Below, piece after piece: positions 17,486 to 25,794 of a stretch of DNA of 64,000 nucleotides; the stretch's first letter is position 1, and every line of letters starts with the position of its first letter. The position numbers were made by a program, and so were the translations under genes. The DNA comes from a virus. The stretch lies in the IMG/VR virus record IMGVR_UViG_3300028654_000009. One strand, 5' to 3'. The notes beneath the pieces are model-generated. The model searched no databases, was not told where the DNA came from, and worked only from the letters and a program-made list of their open reading frames with translations.

Positions 17486-18442
17486 TTAGGCGAGGAACTT
17501 GGCGATATCGTCAATTCCTGCGGACCCAACAACAAACTTGTTGATGAGGTCTCGGTCAGATTTGGCAAGCTTCGAAGAGGAGGTTGCCTTGTTGAGCTTC
17601 TCAATCACTTGCGACTTCGTAAGCGACCGGGGATCAACAGGGGCCTTCTCGGCCGGCTTATCGGTGGTACCAGGCTTGCTGATGTAGGAAATCCCAGCGA
17701 CAGACTTCCGCATGACCTGGCGCTTGGTCACCATATCGGTGATTGCCTTGATGGTCTCGGCCATGGCCACTTCCTGCTTGGCAAGCTGGTCGTCCTTCTC
17801 TTTGATCGACTTGCGCAGCTTGCTGATTTCAGACATCTGAGACTTGGCCATTCCGCCGTTCCCGTCATTGGGAGTCCCAGTGCTGATTTCGCCCTTGCCG
17901 ATTCCCGGCGGAGGACCGCCAGCTCCCGGCGGAGGACCGCCGGCCGAAGCCTCGGGGCCCGGGGGAGGGCCGGCCGATGCGTCAGGGCCCGGAGGGCCTG
18001 CAGAGGCCTCAGGACCGCCCGCCTCGGGGCCGCCACCCTGCGATTCCATCGCCATGAGGGCGGCGTGGGCTGCCATCAGGTGCATCTTCAGCTCTTCAGG
18101 CGGGAGCTTCATGTACTCGGCCTGGAGTGCTTCCGGAGTGGCGCCGGCATCTGTCGCCGGGTCCTGGCCGCCGTCTGGACCGCCGTCCATCGGGGGCGCT
18201 GAGCCCTCGGCAGAAGCGTCGGCAGAAGCGTCGGGAGCGCCAGAATCCTCGGGACCGGCGCTCGACTGCTCGCCCGGAGGTCCGTCAGTCGCGCTTCCGT
18301 CCGGAGTGGTCTCGGCAGTGGTCTCTTCGCCAGGGTCGGCCTTGGAAAGGGTCACTTCCTCCGTATCGGACTTGAGCATGACGGCGACATCGTTAGTCAC
18401 CTGCTCAAGCAACTTGTTGATTTGAGATTTCGAGAGCTTCAT
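17486..18442 (-). CDS. Capsid scaffolding protein
   Basis: Acidic Pro/Gly-rich and coiled-coil, directly upstream of the MCP. About 9 x-x-K-[AS] motifs (LSKS, MLKS, LSKA, MAKS, LRKS, MRKS, LTKS, LNKA, LAKS). Confidence 0.75.
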   Translation of the reverse strand: MKLSKSQINKLLEQVTNDVAVMLKSDTEEVTLSKADPGEETTAETTPDGSATDGPPGEQSSAGPEDSGAPDASADASAEGSAPPMDGGPDGGQDPATDAGATPEALQAEYMKLPPEELKMHLMAAHAALMAMESQGGGPEAGGPEASAGPPGPDASAGPPPGPEASAGGPPPGAGGPPPGIGKGEISTGTPNDGNGGMAKSQMSEISKLRKSIKEKDDQLAKQEVAMAETIKAITDMVTKRQVMRKSVAGISYISKPGTTDKPAEKAPVDPRSLTKSQVIEKLNKATSSSKLAKSDRDLINKFVVGSAGIDDIAKFLA

Positions 18443-18475
18443 TAGGTTGTCCTTCCTTGAGGGTTGGGACCCTAA

Positions 18476-18946
18476 TTAGGTGGTCGAGAGGGTGTTCCAG
18501 ATCGGAGCCCAGGTCGACTTCAGGTTACCTGCGATCATTGCGGTCGTCGAAGGCACGGTACCGTTGGCAGTCTGGTAGGTATTGATATAAGCGCCAGTGC
18601 GGCCCGCGTCGGCATAGAGCAGAGCGAGGTCGCCGAGGACATCGATATCTGCGCCAGCGCCCGAGGAGATATTCGACTCGGTGCAGACGTTGATGATGGT
18701 CGGGCAGTAGACCTGCGCGGCGTTGCCGAAGATGTCGGTGCTCACCGGCGCACTGGCCGGCGTGGTCTTCACAACAATGACCTTCTTACCGGCGGCCGGC
18801 GAAGAGTCAGAGCTGAGAACGGTGTAAGGATTCAAGTCGGTGTCGACGAAATCGTTCGAGACCGGATAGTTGGTCGCCAGACGCAGCTTGAGGTTTTCAA
18901 CCAGCTGCCGGTGAAGCGTCGCAACCTTGTAGTTCGTAGTGGCCAT
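18476..18946 (-). CDS. Putative capsid decoration/structural protein
   Basis: 156 aa, Thr/Ala-rich, GGAG RBS, first gene of the capsid operon. Confidence 0.5.
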   Translation of the reverse strand: MATTNYKVATLHRQLVENLKLRLATNYPVSNDFVDTDLNPYTVLSSDSSPAAGKKVIVVKTTPASAPVSTDIFGNAAQVYCPTIINVCTESNISSGAGADIDVLGDLALLYADAGRTGAYINTYQTANGTVPSTTAMIAGNLKSTWAPIWNTLSTT

Positions 18947-19017
18947 TTAGGGAATCTCCTTGAAAGTTTGAAGTGAGCCCCTCTAGGGGCGTTTCGGATA
19001 CAAACTTAGATTCCTAC

Positions 19018-19045
19018 TTGACACTGGCTACGAATAATGTATAAT
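19018..19045 (+). promoter_or_regulatory. Perfect-consensus promoter TTGACA-N16-TATAAT
   Basis: Direct match. ATG 19054 follows 8 nt later. Confidence 0.85.
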
Positions 19046-19053
19046 TAATGGTT

Positions 19054-19398
19054 ATGTTTGAAGACAAGACGTATGAGCCGGTCACCTTTGAAACCCAACT
19101 GGAGTGCGCAGGTTGCCGCCTGCTCAAACACCACACTTTGTTCCATCAATACAGGCGGGAACGACAAAGAGTTTTTGCTAGTCGATGCAAGGCTTGCCGA
19201 AGGGAAGACCGCATGACCAAGGTCTACCCGGAGGTCTGTGCCTGTTGCCTTCTCCATCGCCGCCTGGATAACAACCAACAGTGCAGAACCTGCAACTCTG
19301 AAGCTGGCCTGCGCGAATGCCGGGCCTGCAACAGGTTACTGCCCCTGTGGGCGTCGTTCTATGGCCGGAGCCGTAGGTGTAAGGAGTGTCGAAAATGA
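19054..19398 (+). CDS. Multi-CxxC zinc-finger protein
   Basis: Six CxxC motifs. Start re-called because the ORF-track ATG 19048 is too close to the -10. Confidence 0.65.
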   Translation: MFEDKTYEPVTFETQLECAGCRLLKHHTLFHQYRRERQRVFASRCKACRREDRMTKVYPEVCACCLLHRRLDNNQQCRTCNSEAGLRECRACNRLLPLWASFYGRSRRCKECRK

Positions 19399-20261
19399 GC
19401 GGCCGGCCTCCAGCGCTCGATCCGAAACATCTGGGCACCGTAATGGAGCTTTACGGCTCCGGGCTGGGAACTACCAAAATTGGAAAGCAACTAGGGGTAA
19501 GCTCCAGGGCGGTTCGCTACTTGATGAAACAGAGCGGCATCCCCCTCAGGAGGGATGATTTCGCCAAACTAGTTATCAATGACGGCTTCTTCGACGAAAT
19601 TGACACGCCAGAGAAGGCATATTGGCTGGGCATATTGATTACCGATGGGAATGTGTCTGGGACCCGAATAACGCTGAACCTGAAAGATCGGGAGCATCTG
19701 GTAAAGTTCGCTGAAGCTCTAGGAGGCGGCCAGACACTATCTATCAAAGCAAAACACAAACAAATGGAAGGTCGGGATGTGGTTTGCTTCAACCTCCAGT
19801 TTAGAAGCAAACACATGGCCGGAGCGCTGTCAAAATACGGGGTCGTCCCTCGCAAAAGTGCAACATCATACCCATGGAACGGTCCGGCTGAATTGATGCC
19901 ACACTTTTGGAGAGGGTGTGTGGACGGCGATGGGTGGATTACTGAGATAAAGCCAGGTAGGTTTGCTATTGGTCTGTGTGGAACAAAAGCGATGACACAA
20001 GCGTTCTCAGACTTTTCTTATTCTGTCACTGGGGTTGCTCACAAAATCAAAGCACAGGGCAACATTTTTGTTTGCAGCGTCGGCAGCATAGAGGTGGTCC
20101 GAAAGTTGGCAATTTGCCTGTATGGAAACCTAGATAAGGCTAGTAGCCTTGACAGAAAGCTGGATAAAGCTATTTTGGCGATGGGGGCTTTGGTCCAGCA
20201 ACCCCCGCCTGGGCGCCCGAAGAAGGCAAAGCCCCAGCTGGTGGGGCCCCAGAATCAATAG
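19395..20261 (+). mobile_element. Free-standing LAGLIDADG homing endonuclease
   Basis: N-terminal HTH, YWLGILITDG and FWRGCVDGDG motifs. ATGA coupling at 19395. Confidence 0.85.
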
Positions 20262-23200
20262 GCATAGGTCCTTCATGTCCTGGTACCAAACTGTGGACAA
20301 AATTCGGAGTTTTTTGAGGCGAGTACATTGCTTTCCGTTTTGTCCCCAAAACCTTGTTGAACAGGCTCGGTGCTGCAAACTTTTGCTCCTTTGCCATACC
20401 CAAAGCTTTGTCTGCTGTTTCGAAGTTGTGGCCGAGACCAAACGACATTGACAGCTTGTGCTGGCCATTGACCGGAGGAAGGGCTTCCAACCCGGCCTTT
20501 GCGTGTCGGATAAATTGCGCTGCGTGCTCGTGCGTAGGTGCCCAGAACGACATTTCGTCTCCTCCGCTGCGCCATGCCTTCCCCGTCCCCACCTTAGCCG
20601 CTGCATCACGAAACGCTCCGCCCATAGCCTTGATAGCACTGTCGCCAGCATCGTGACCGTGGATGTCGTTCACCTGCTTGAAGCTGTTCCCGTCAGCGGA
20701 CACCCAAACACCAGGCCGGTTCTCCTCGCGAAATTCCGACGCAGCCCTCTTGTTACCGATGCCCGGTATCATCGGGTCGCCGTAAAATCCATGAACCAGG
20801 GCTCTGGTAATCGGGTGGTCGTGCCCATGAATCTGACGTGCCTGAGCGATAGCCGTACGGTGATCGGGCACCGTAGGCTCGGGGGGCAGGTGTAGGGTCT
20901 CCTCGTCCTTCCTCATTTCGGAAGACATTTTCTTGTATCGCACAGTACCAATTCCGGTCTTGGCATTGTGTAAGATTAGCTGAAGTTCGCCCTCGGTCAA
21001 GGCGTGGCCGTCCATCGCTGCTCCATGCGGCCCAAACTCAATCGTGTGTGGCTTGACCATGCCCGGTCGGTGGAACTCGAACACCGAATTAGGCTTCGGC
21101 ATCGGCATTTTCATGACCGTCAGCTCTGGAACCGGATTGGGCTTCGCGACCTCGGTGGAGGGGGTCGTTTCGGTGACCGAGAAATTGGGACTCCACTTGA
21201 GGCCATGAAGCCCAGCGATAGCCGAAGCGTCCATCTTGCCCTCGGGAACCATTGCATGCAGAAGGCCGTGGTAGTCTTCCAGGTGGTGGACGACATCACG
21301 ACTGACCGAGAACCGGCCCGCCGGGTGAATTTTGTCGCCATGCTTGATGCCTACCGAATAGATAGTCGGCATATCAATTTTGGGCTCAATGGCGTCCGCA
21401 ATATCTTTCCTCAGGTCGATGAGAGCTGCTTCCATCTCCCTGGCCTTGGCCAAGAACTCCATGTTCTGGCCATTCCTCTCTCGATGCTCGGCAGCTTCGA
21501 GGAGCTTGGGGACCAAGTGGTGATAATACAAGAACTGAGCGGGGATCTCTCCGTACTTTTCCACATAGCTTTGGTGAACCAATGCCGTGCGCAAAGACGT
21601 TCCGGAATCGGGCTCGTCACTCTTCTGGACCGGATCAATCCAAGGCTTGATAGAGTCCCAAAATGGTTCATGGTGGGTCCCCGACTGCTTGCCCTTGTTG
21701 GTCATACCCACAAACTGCTCGTGCGGACGAATCGTAATCCAGTGTCGCCAGAAAGCAGGGAACAAGGCGTCCTTGGGGTCCTCGAACGTTGAACCCCACT
21801 TTGGGTGATTAAGAGTGTATTTTACGGCCGGGTGGTTCTTGGCGTACCAGTCGTTATACGGCCTCATTATGGTATCGATGTTGTTGGGGTTCCACAGCAT
21901 GTTCTTCAGGTAAGTGAGGGTCCGCTTATCTTTCATTACGTGCAGACCGAACATGTTGCGGATAAAGTGAGTATCAGGTACAACCGAGTCGCCACCACCC
22001 AACATCCCATAGGTGTAAAGACCAGTTTTGACCGCAAGACCCGGGACAGCGGTAAACGGAGACTCCCCTGGGTCAGGTTTACCCAGCAGTTTAGCTCGCT
22101 CACGCTTGGCCTCCCACAGTTGACCCTTGTGTTTGTTTCCCATTAGCTCGGAAACGGCGTCGAGGGCGTGATGACGGTGTCGGGATACCAGGTCGACGAG
22201 ACCGTGATGCAAAGAATGATAACGAGATAAGTTTTTGAATGACCCTTCCATCAGGGGAGTCGTGCCGGGCAGCTCGCCAGCATACCGACCAGCGGCCGTT
22301 GGGTCGCCTGGGAACTCTCCCCATTCATCGTGGCGAATACCGATACGGTTGCCCACATAATAGGCCGGGTTTGTAGCGAACGCTTCTTTACCGGTCTCGG
22401 GCAGCGTATTCGGAGAGTCCAATTCTCTGAATTTTGGCTCAATCGCCGAGAAGCCCGGATTTCTCGGATCAAGACCGGTGGCGTGCATGGCGTCCACAAG
22501 TCTAGCGTACTGTAGCTCCTGCACCGGGACCGGCCGATTCGGAGACAGCTGGGCAAACATCACGGCATGCATGATGACCTCTGGCGGTAACTTACCGGCC
22601 TTGATCAACTTATGAACCTTGCTCCAGTTGGTCATAGCAGTGTCCATGGCCTTTTCGACTTCTGGAGACTTCAACAATTTCTCATAATTCGCAGCCGATT
22701 CTGGGCCATCATCAGAGGGGAGATAGGCTTTGAAACTTCCCATGGGGGTCCGCAAAACGCCTTTTTTGGGATCAAAAGAGGGGTGTTTGACAGATGGATT
22801 GGGGCGTATTTTGGTTCCTCGGAAGGTGGCAGCCGTAAATTTTGGGGCCTTAGCTTCTTCCTGTTCACTGTCGTCGAAATCCTCAAGGATCGGCTTGTCG
22901 GGTTTCGGGGCCTCCGGGGGCGTCGCAGGCGCGTCGCCCTCTCGCTTAGCCAGAGACTTCTTTACGGTGTACGCCTCCGCGATGTCGGCAAAGTGATTGA
23001 GAAAATCGTCCGACACTTCCGGGAGCTTCGCCTTGGCAAACCCCATGAACTCGCTCCGCGTAAATTTTCGATTACCGAAATCTCGCAAAACAGCCTTGCA
23101 GGTATTCCTGATTCGGTCGTCTACGTGTTCCTTCTGGAGAGCGGCGCCTCCAGTGAGAGAAGATGGAGCCCCTCCACCCATGCCGGCCTCTATCGCCTTG

Positions 23201-23883
23201 CGCACAGTCGAAAGAACCATCGCAGACCGAAGCAAATTGAGAGAAGCCTCGGCCTTGGAATCAATGATTTCGACCTCGGTCTCGTACCCTGATAGTTGGG
23301 CGTACTCGGGGTCGATTATGGACGTGTTTTCAGACTTCTTGAAGCCTTCGGGGGCGTTGGGGTCGGATAGCAGAATGGTGTCGCAAGCTTTGAGACAGGG
23401 TTTGATAGTAATCGCGACTCTGCGGAAGATGCATTGCTTGATAGTGTTACCCTCTTTCTTGAGGGTAGAGCCTTCGATGCTAAACCGACACAGGATCTTC
23501 TCGTCATTGGCCACAGCGTCTCGAATTTGGGCGGCAACGGCCATGGCCTCGGCGTGTCCCGCTCCGTCATACAGACGGACTACCCCAAAAAGGTAGGGCA
23601 CTCTGACCTGGTCCCAGAATTTCTCTTGCTCTGTGGTCTCGCAATCTCCCTTCTTGAAGATTTTTTTAACATAGATGACACGGCCAATGGTTTCCTTACC
23701 AAAGCCAGTTTCGGCGTCAACGTGTTCCCAGTTAACGGTAGCTGTCCCCTCTTCTGCACTAGAAATATCAATACCGTCTAGCTCGACAGTCTCACCGCTG
23801 CTATCAATAAGTTCAGCACTGAAGATGCCTCCCAGCAACATCCCAGTTTTGGATTCTTTCGGCTGGTCTCTTGGATTGCTCAT
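20170..23883 (-). CDS. Prohead protease fused to HhH-GPD DNA glycosylase and GGDEF domain
   Basis: Protease DSSGE...VNWEH...FSIEG. Glycosylase VPGLAVKT...VVPDTHFIR. GGDEF DGNSFKQVNDIHGHDAGD...RSGGDEM. Located between MuF/portal and scaffold/MCP. Confidence 0.85.
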   Translation of the reverse strand: MSNPRDQPKESKTGMLLGGIFSAELIDSSGETVELDGIDISSAEEGTATVNWEHVDAETGFGKETIGRVIYVKKIFKKGDCETTEQEKFWDQVRVPYLFGVVRLYDGAGHAEAMAVAAQIRDAVANDEKILCRFSIEGSTLKKEGNTIKQCIFRRVAITIKPCLKACDTILLSDPNAPEGFKKSENTSIIDPEYAQLSGYETEVEIIDSKAEASLNLLRSAMVLSTVRKAIEAGMGGGAPSSLTGGAALQKEHVDDRIRNTCKAVLRDFGNRKFTRSEFMGFAKAKLPEVSDDFLNHFADIAEAYTVKKSLAKREGDAPATPPEAPKPDKPILEDFDDSEQEEAKAPKFTAATFRGTKIRPNPSVKHPSFDPKKGVLRTPMGSFKAYLPSDDGPESAANYEKLLKSPEVEKAMDTAMTNWSKVHKLIKAGKLPPEVIMHAVMFAQLSPNRPVPVQELQYARLVDAMHATGLDPRNPGFSAIEPKFRELDSPNTLPETGKEAFATNPAYYVGNRIGIRHDEWGEFPGDPTAAGRYAGELPGTTPLMEGSFKNLSRYHSLHHGLVDLVSRHRHHALDAVSELMGNKHKGQLWEAKRERAKLLGKPDPGESPFTAVPGLAVKTGLYTYGMLGGGDSVVPDTHFIRNMFGLHVMKDKRTLTYLKNMLWNPNNIDTIMRPYNDWYAKNHPAVKYTLNHPKWGSTFEDPKDALFPAFWRHWITIRPHEQFVGMTNKGKQSGTHHEPFWDSIKPWIDPVQKSDEPDSGTSLRTALVHQSYVEKYGEIPAQFLYYHHLVPKLLEAAEHRERNGQNMEFLAKAREMEAALIDLRKDIADAIEPKIDMPTIYSVGIKHGDKIHPAGRFSVSRDVVHHLEDYHGLLHAMVPEGKMDASAIAGLHGLKWSPNFSVTETTPSTEVAKPNPVPELTVMKMPMPKPNSVFEFHRPGMVKPHTIEFGPHGAAMDGHALTEGELQLILHNAKTGIGTVRYKKMSSEMRKDEETLHLPPEPTVPDHRTAIAQARQIHGHDHPITRALVHGFYGDPMIPGIGNKRAASEFREENRPGVWVSADGNSFKQVNDIHGHDAGDSAIKAMGGAFRDAAAKVGTGKAWRSGGDEMSFWAPTHEHAAQFIRHAKAGLEALPPVNGQHKLSMSFGLGHNFETADKALGMAKEQKFAAPSLFNKVLGTKRKAMYSPQKTPNFVHSLVPGHEGPMPIDSGAPPAGALPSSGAQAGVAGPKPPSPK

Positions 23884-23910
23884 GATATCCAACCAAGATT
23901 CGGCTGGAGC

Positions 23911-24114
23911 TTAATTCGTCTCGAAACGGACAGCCGAAACGACGCGCTGGATCTGGACGTCTTCGACATCACAAGGAGCCAGGTCGTTCTTCCCGATGAC
24001 ATCCGCCCATTCGTCAAGCTCTTCTGGAGGCGGCGGTCTGAAGTCGTCGGCCACTTGGATCTCGTAAACGGAAGTGGCCATCTCCTGGACTACTACACGG
24101 TAGGTCTTACTCAA
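23911..24114 (-). CDS. Small hypothetical protein
   Basis: Start re-called to TTG 24114 after a GGGGAG RBS. Confidence 0.55.
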   Translation of the reverse strand: MSKTYRVVVQEMATSVYEIQVADDFRPPPPEELDEWADVIGKNDLAPCDVEDVQIQRVVSAVRFETN

Positions 24115-24886
24115 CGTCTCCCCCTTCTCTTTGTTGTTTGTATTCGTCGTGGTCCTTGGACTTGAAAGTGACGAAACCGTTGCTATTAAAACCAAATCCG
24201 GGCATGAGGATGGTCATGCTGCACCTACAATTTGGGTGCAGGACGGTACAGGGATGATCGTCGCCCCGCTTCCAGTAGCCTGAGCCCACCTCGGACAGTT
24301 TCCACACCCTGGGGGTAGTCTGGTCCGGCAAAAGGAACAAGCTCGTGCAGTCTTCGCACCGAGACTTGTCCCTGACCGTCACCCAAAACACTGTCGGGTC
24401 TTGCTGGCTGGTAGCCGCAGCGATTTTTGAGATTCCGTCAAGAGTGCCCATATTCCGAGCGCGGGTGGACTCTGTATCGACGATTCGGCGCACGTCCGAC
24501 GTGACTTTACCCATGACCTCGCCAAGCTCGTCACCCAGAACCTGGTGAAAATTGGCGCTTTCGCCTTTGGCCTCAGCATCATGAAGGGTGGCCTGGACCG
24601 TGTGTACGATTTTGGCCTTCGCCAGCTCACGGTGAGCGTCGAGGTATTGTTCGGCGACGGATTTCAGGCTGTCCCGAAGCTTCTCCGAGGGAGTAAACCC
24701 TTCGCTCCTGGTGGCGTTGTCAAACAGCCCTGGGAGGCTCAGGGTGTCGTTGTGAAGCTTGACACCCACACGGATAGTCTTGTCCTTGCCTGGACCCAGG
24801 AAACGCTGTTTAGCCCTCTGGAATAGGCCGTCGATCGCCGCGTGAATGGCGTTGATGGCCTTCTTCGTGAGGATGAACCGAGGCAC
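24107..24886 (-). CDS. MuF / SPP1 gp7-like minor head morphogenesis protein
   Basis: RIVDTE...RCEDC...LHPNCRC signature. Confidence 0.85.
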   Translation of the reverse strand: MPRFILTKKAINAIHAAIDGLFQRAKQRFLGPGKDKTIRVGVKLHNDTLSLPGLFDNATRSEGFTPSEKLRDSLKSVAEQYLDAHRELAKAKIVHTVQATLHDAEAKGESANFHQVLGDELGEVMGKVTSDVRRIVDTESTRARNMGTLDGISKIAAATSQQDPTVFWVTVRDKSRCEDCTSLFLLPDQTTPRVWKLSEVGSGYWKRGDDHPCTVLHPNCRCSMTILMPGFGFNSNGFVTFKSKDHDEYKQQREGGDVE

Positions 24887-24887
24887 G

Positions 24888-25046
24888 TTACGGCTTCGGG
24901 GACTTCGAGACCTTGCTCTTGACCCAGCTCCACACCTTGGCCGGGAAGGCGAAGTTGTGCCAAATAGCTAGCGAAGAGAAGACCAGCAGGGCGCCGATGC
25001 AAGAGAAAAACCCGATGTAGATGAGAACGGTAAAAATTAGTTCCAT
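24888..25046 (-). CDS. Small single-pass membrane protein
   Basis: MELIFTVLIYIGFFSCIGALLVFSSLAIW, basic tail. AATCT lies 6 nt upstream of ATG 25046. Confidence 0.6.
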   Translation of the reverse strand: MELIFTVLIYIGFFSCIGALLVFSSLAIWHNFAFPAKVWSWVKSKVSKSPKP

Positions 25047-25091
25047 CACCAGAGATTGGGGGTGCGCCACAATGCGGCGTAAAATAAGTTC

Positions 25092-25119
25092 TTGACATCT
25101 GAGATTATTTTGATACTGT
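25092..25119 (+). promoter_or_regulatory. Early promoter TTGACA-N16-TACTGT, leaderless
   Basis: ATG 25126 is 6 nt after the -10. Confidence 0.8.
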
Positions 25120-25125
25120 TAGGAC

Positions 25126-25407
25126 ATGTCAAACAACGAATTTGCCCGGACCTCTGATGCCATTCGGGAATACGTTCGCGTCGTTGGAGCGGAAAGCCCC
25201 GACAGCCCCTGGATCGTGTCCCCGTACGATACCTGGGAGCGGAACCCCCACTATCAGGGTCCTGCGGTTCCCCACCCCGATGATTTCGACGACGAAGAGG
25301 CTCCGGCCTTCTTCATCAACCCGGCCCCCACTCCGGTTCCCTCTACGGACTACCCGGTCCCGGCCGGGCTCATCTTCGACCCGTTCGACAACGGAATTGA
25401 TTTTTAG
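25126..25407 (+). CDS. Early acidic Pro-rich hypothetical protein
   Basis: 93 aa; WIVSPYDTWERNPHYQGP. Confidence 0.75.
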   Translation: MSNNEFARTSDAIREYVRVVGAESPDSPWIVSPYDTWERNPHYQGPAVPHPDDFDDEEAPAFFINPAPTPVPSTDYPVPAGLIFDPFDNGIDF

Positions 25408-25409
25408 TC

Positions 25410-25613
25410 ATGGCCGGCTACACCGACTGCGCCTGCGACACCTGCTTCGAAATCGCCATTGGGAAGCAAGGGGAAGCCTTGTGCTGCCTGTGCGAGGAGG
25501 CTGGGTGCGACCCCTCAAGCGGGCTCTGCTACGTGGAGGAGGATTCCCAGGAAGAAATTGAGGAGGGGCTTATGAACCCCTACGGAAAGCTAATCTGTCC
25601 CAAAGGGGGCTGA
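25410..25613 (+). CDS. Small Cys-rich acidic protein
   Basis: CACDTC...LCCLC...GC...C. Confidence 0.7.
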   Translation: MAGYTDCACDTCFEIAIGKQGEALCCLCEEAGCDPSSGLCYVEEDSQEEIEEGLMNPYGKLICPKGG

Positions 25614-25792
25614 GGCGGAGCGTATAAAAGCGATTCCCCTTGCGCGTCCGAGAGCCATTCCAAAAGGAAGCGCTCTTTGCGACGCGCATCTCCGCGTGCG
25701 TTTTGTCCCAACATGCCTCGGGAGATGGCAGTCTCTATGGCGGCGTCGAGGCCCATTGACTTTACGACTTTGTCGAGGGCCTTGACCGTCAT
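25580..25792 (-). CDS. Hypothetical protein
   Basis: Start re-called to ATG 25792, right after the portal stop. Confidence 0.5.
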   Translation of the reverse strand: MTVKALDKVVKSMGLDAAIETAISRGMLGQNARGDARRKERFLLEWLSDAQGESLLYAPPQPPLGQISFP

Positions 25793-25794
25793 TA

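Noticed and set aside
17900-18040. GC-rich short repeats in the scaffold gene (also the portal tail 26040-26230 and 44580-44730)
   Set aside because: Explained by low-complexity Pro/Gly/Gln linkers in the coding sequence.
20640-20700. Hypr-type cGAMP synthase
   Set aside because: The specificity position is Asp (GHDAGD), not Ser.
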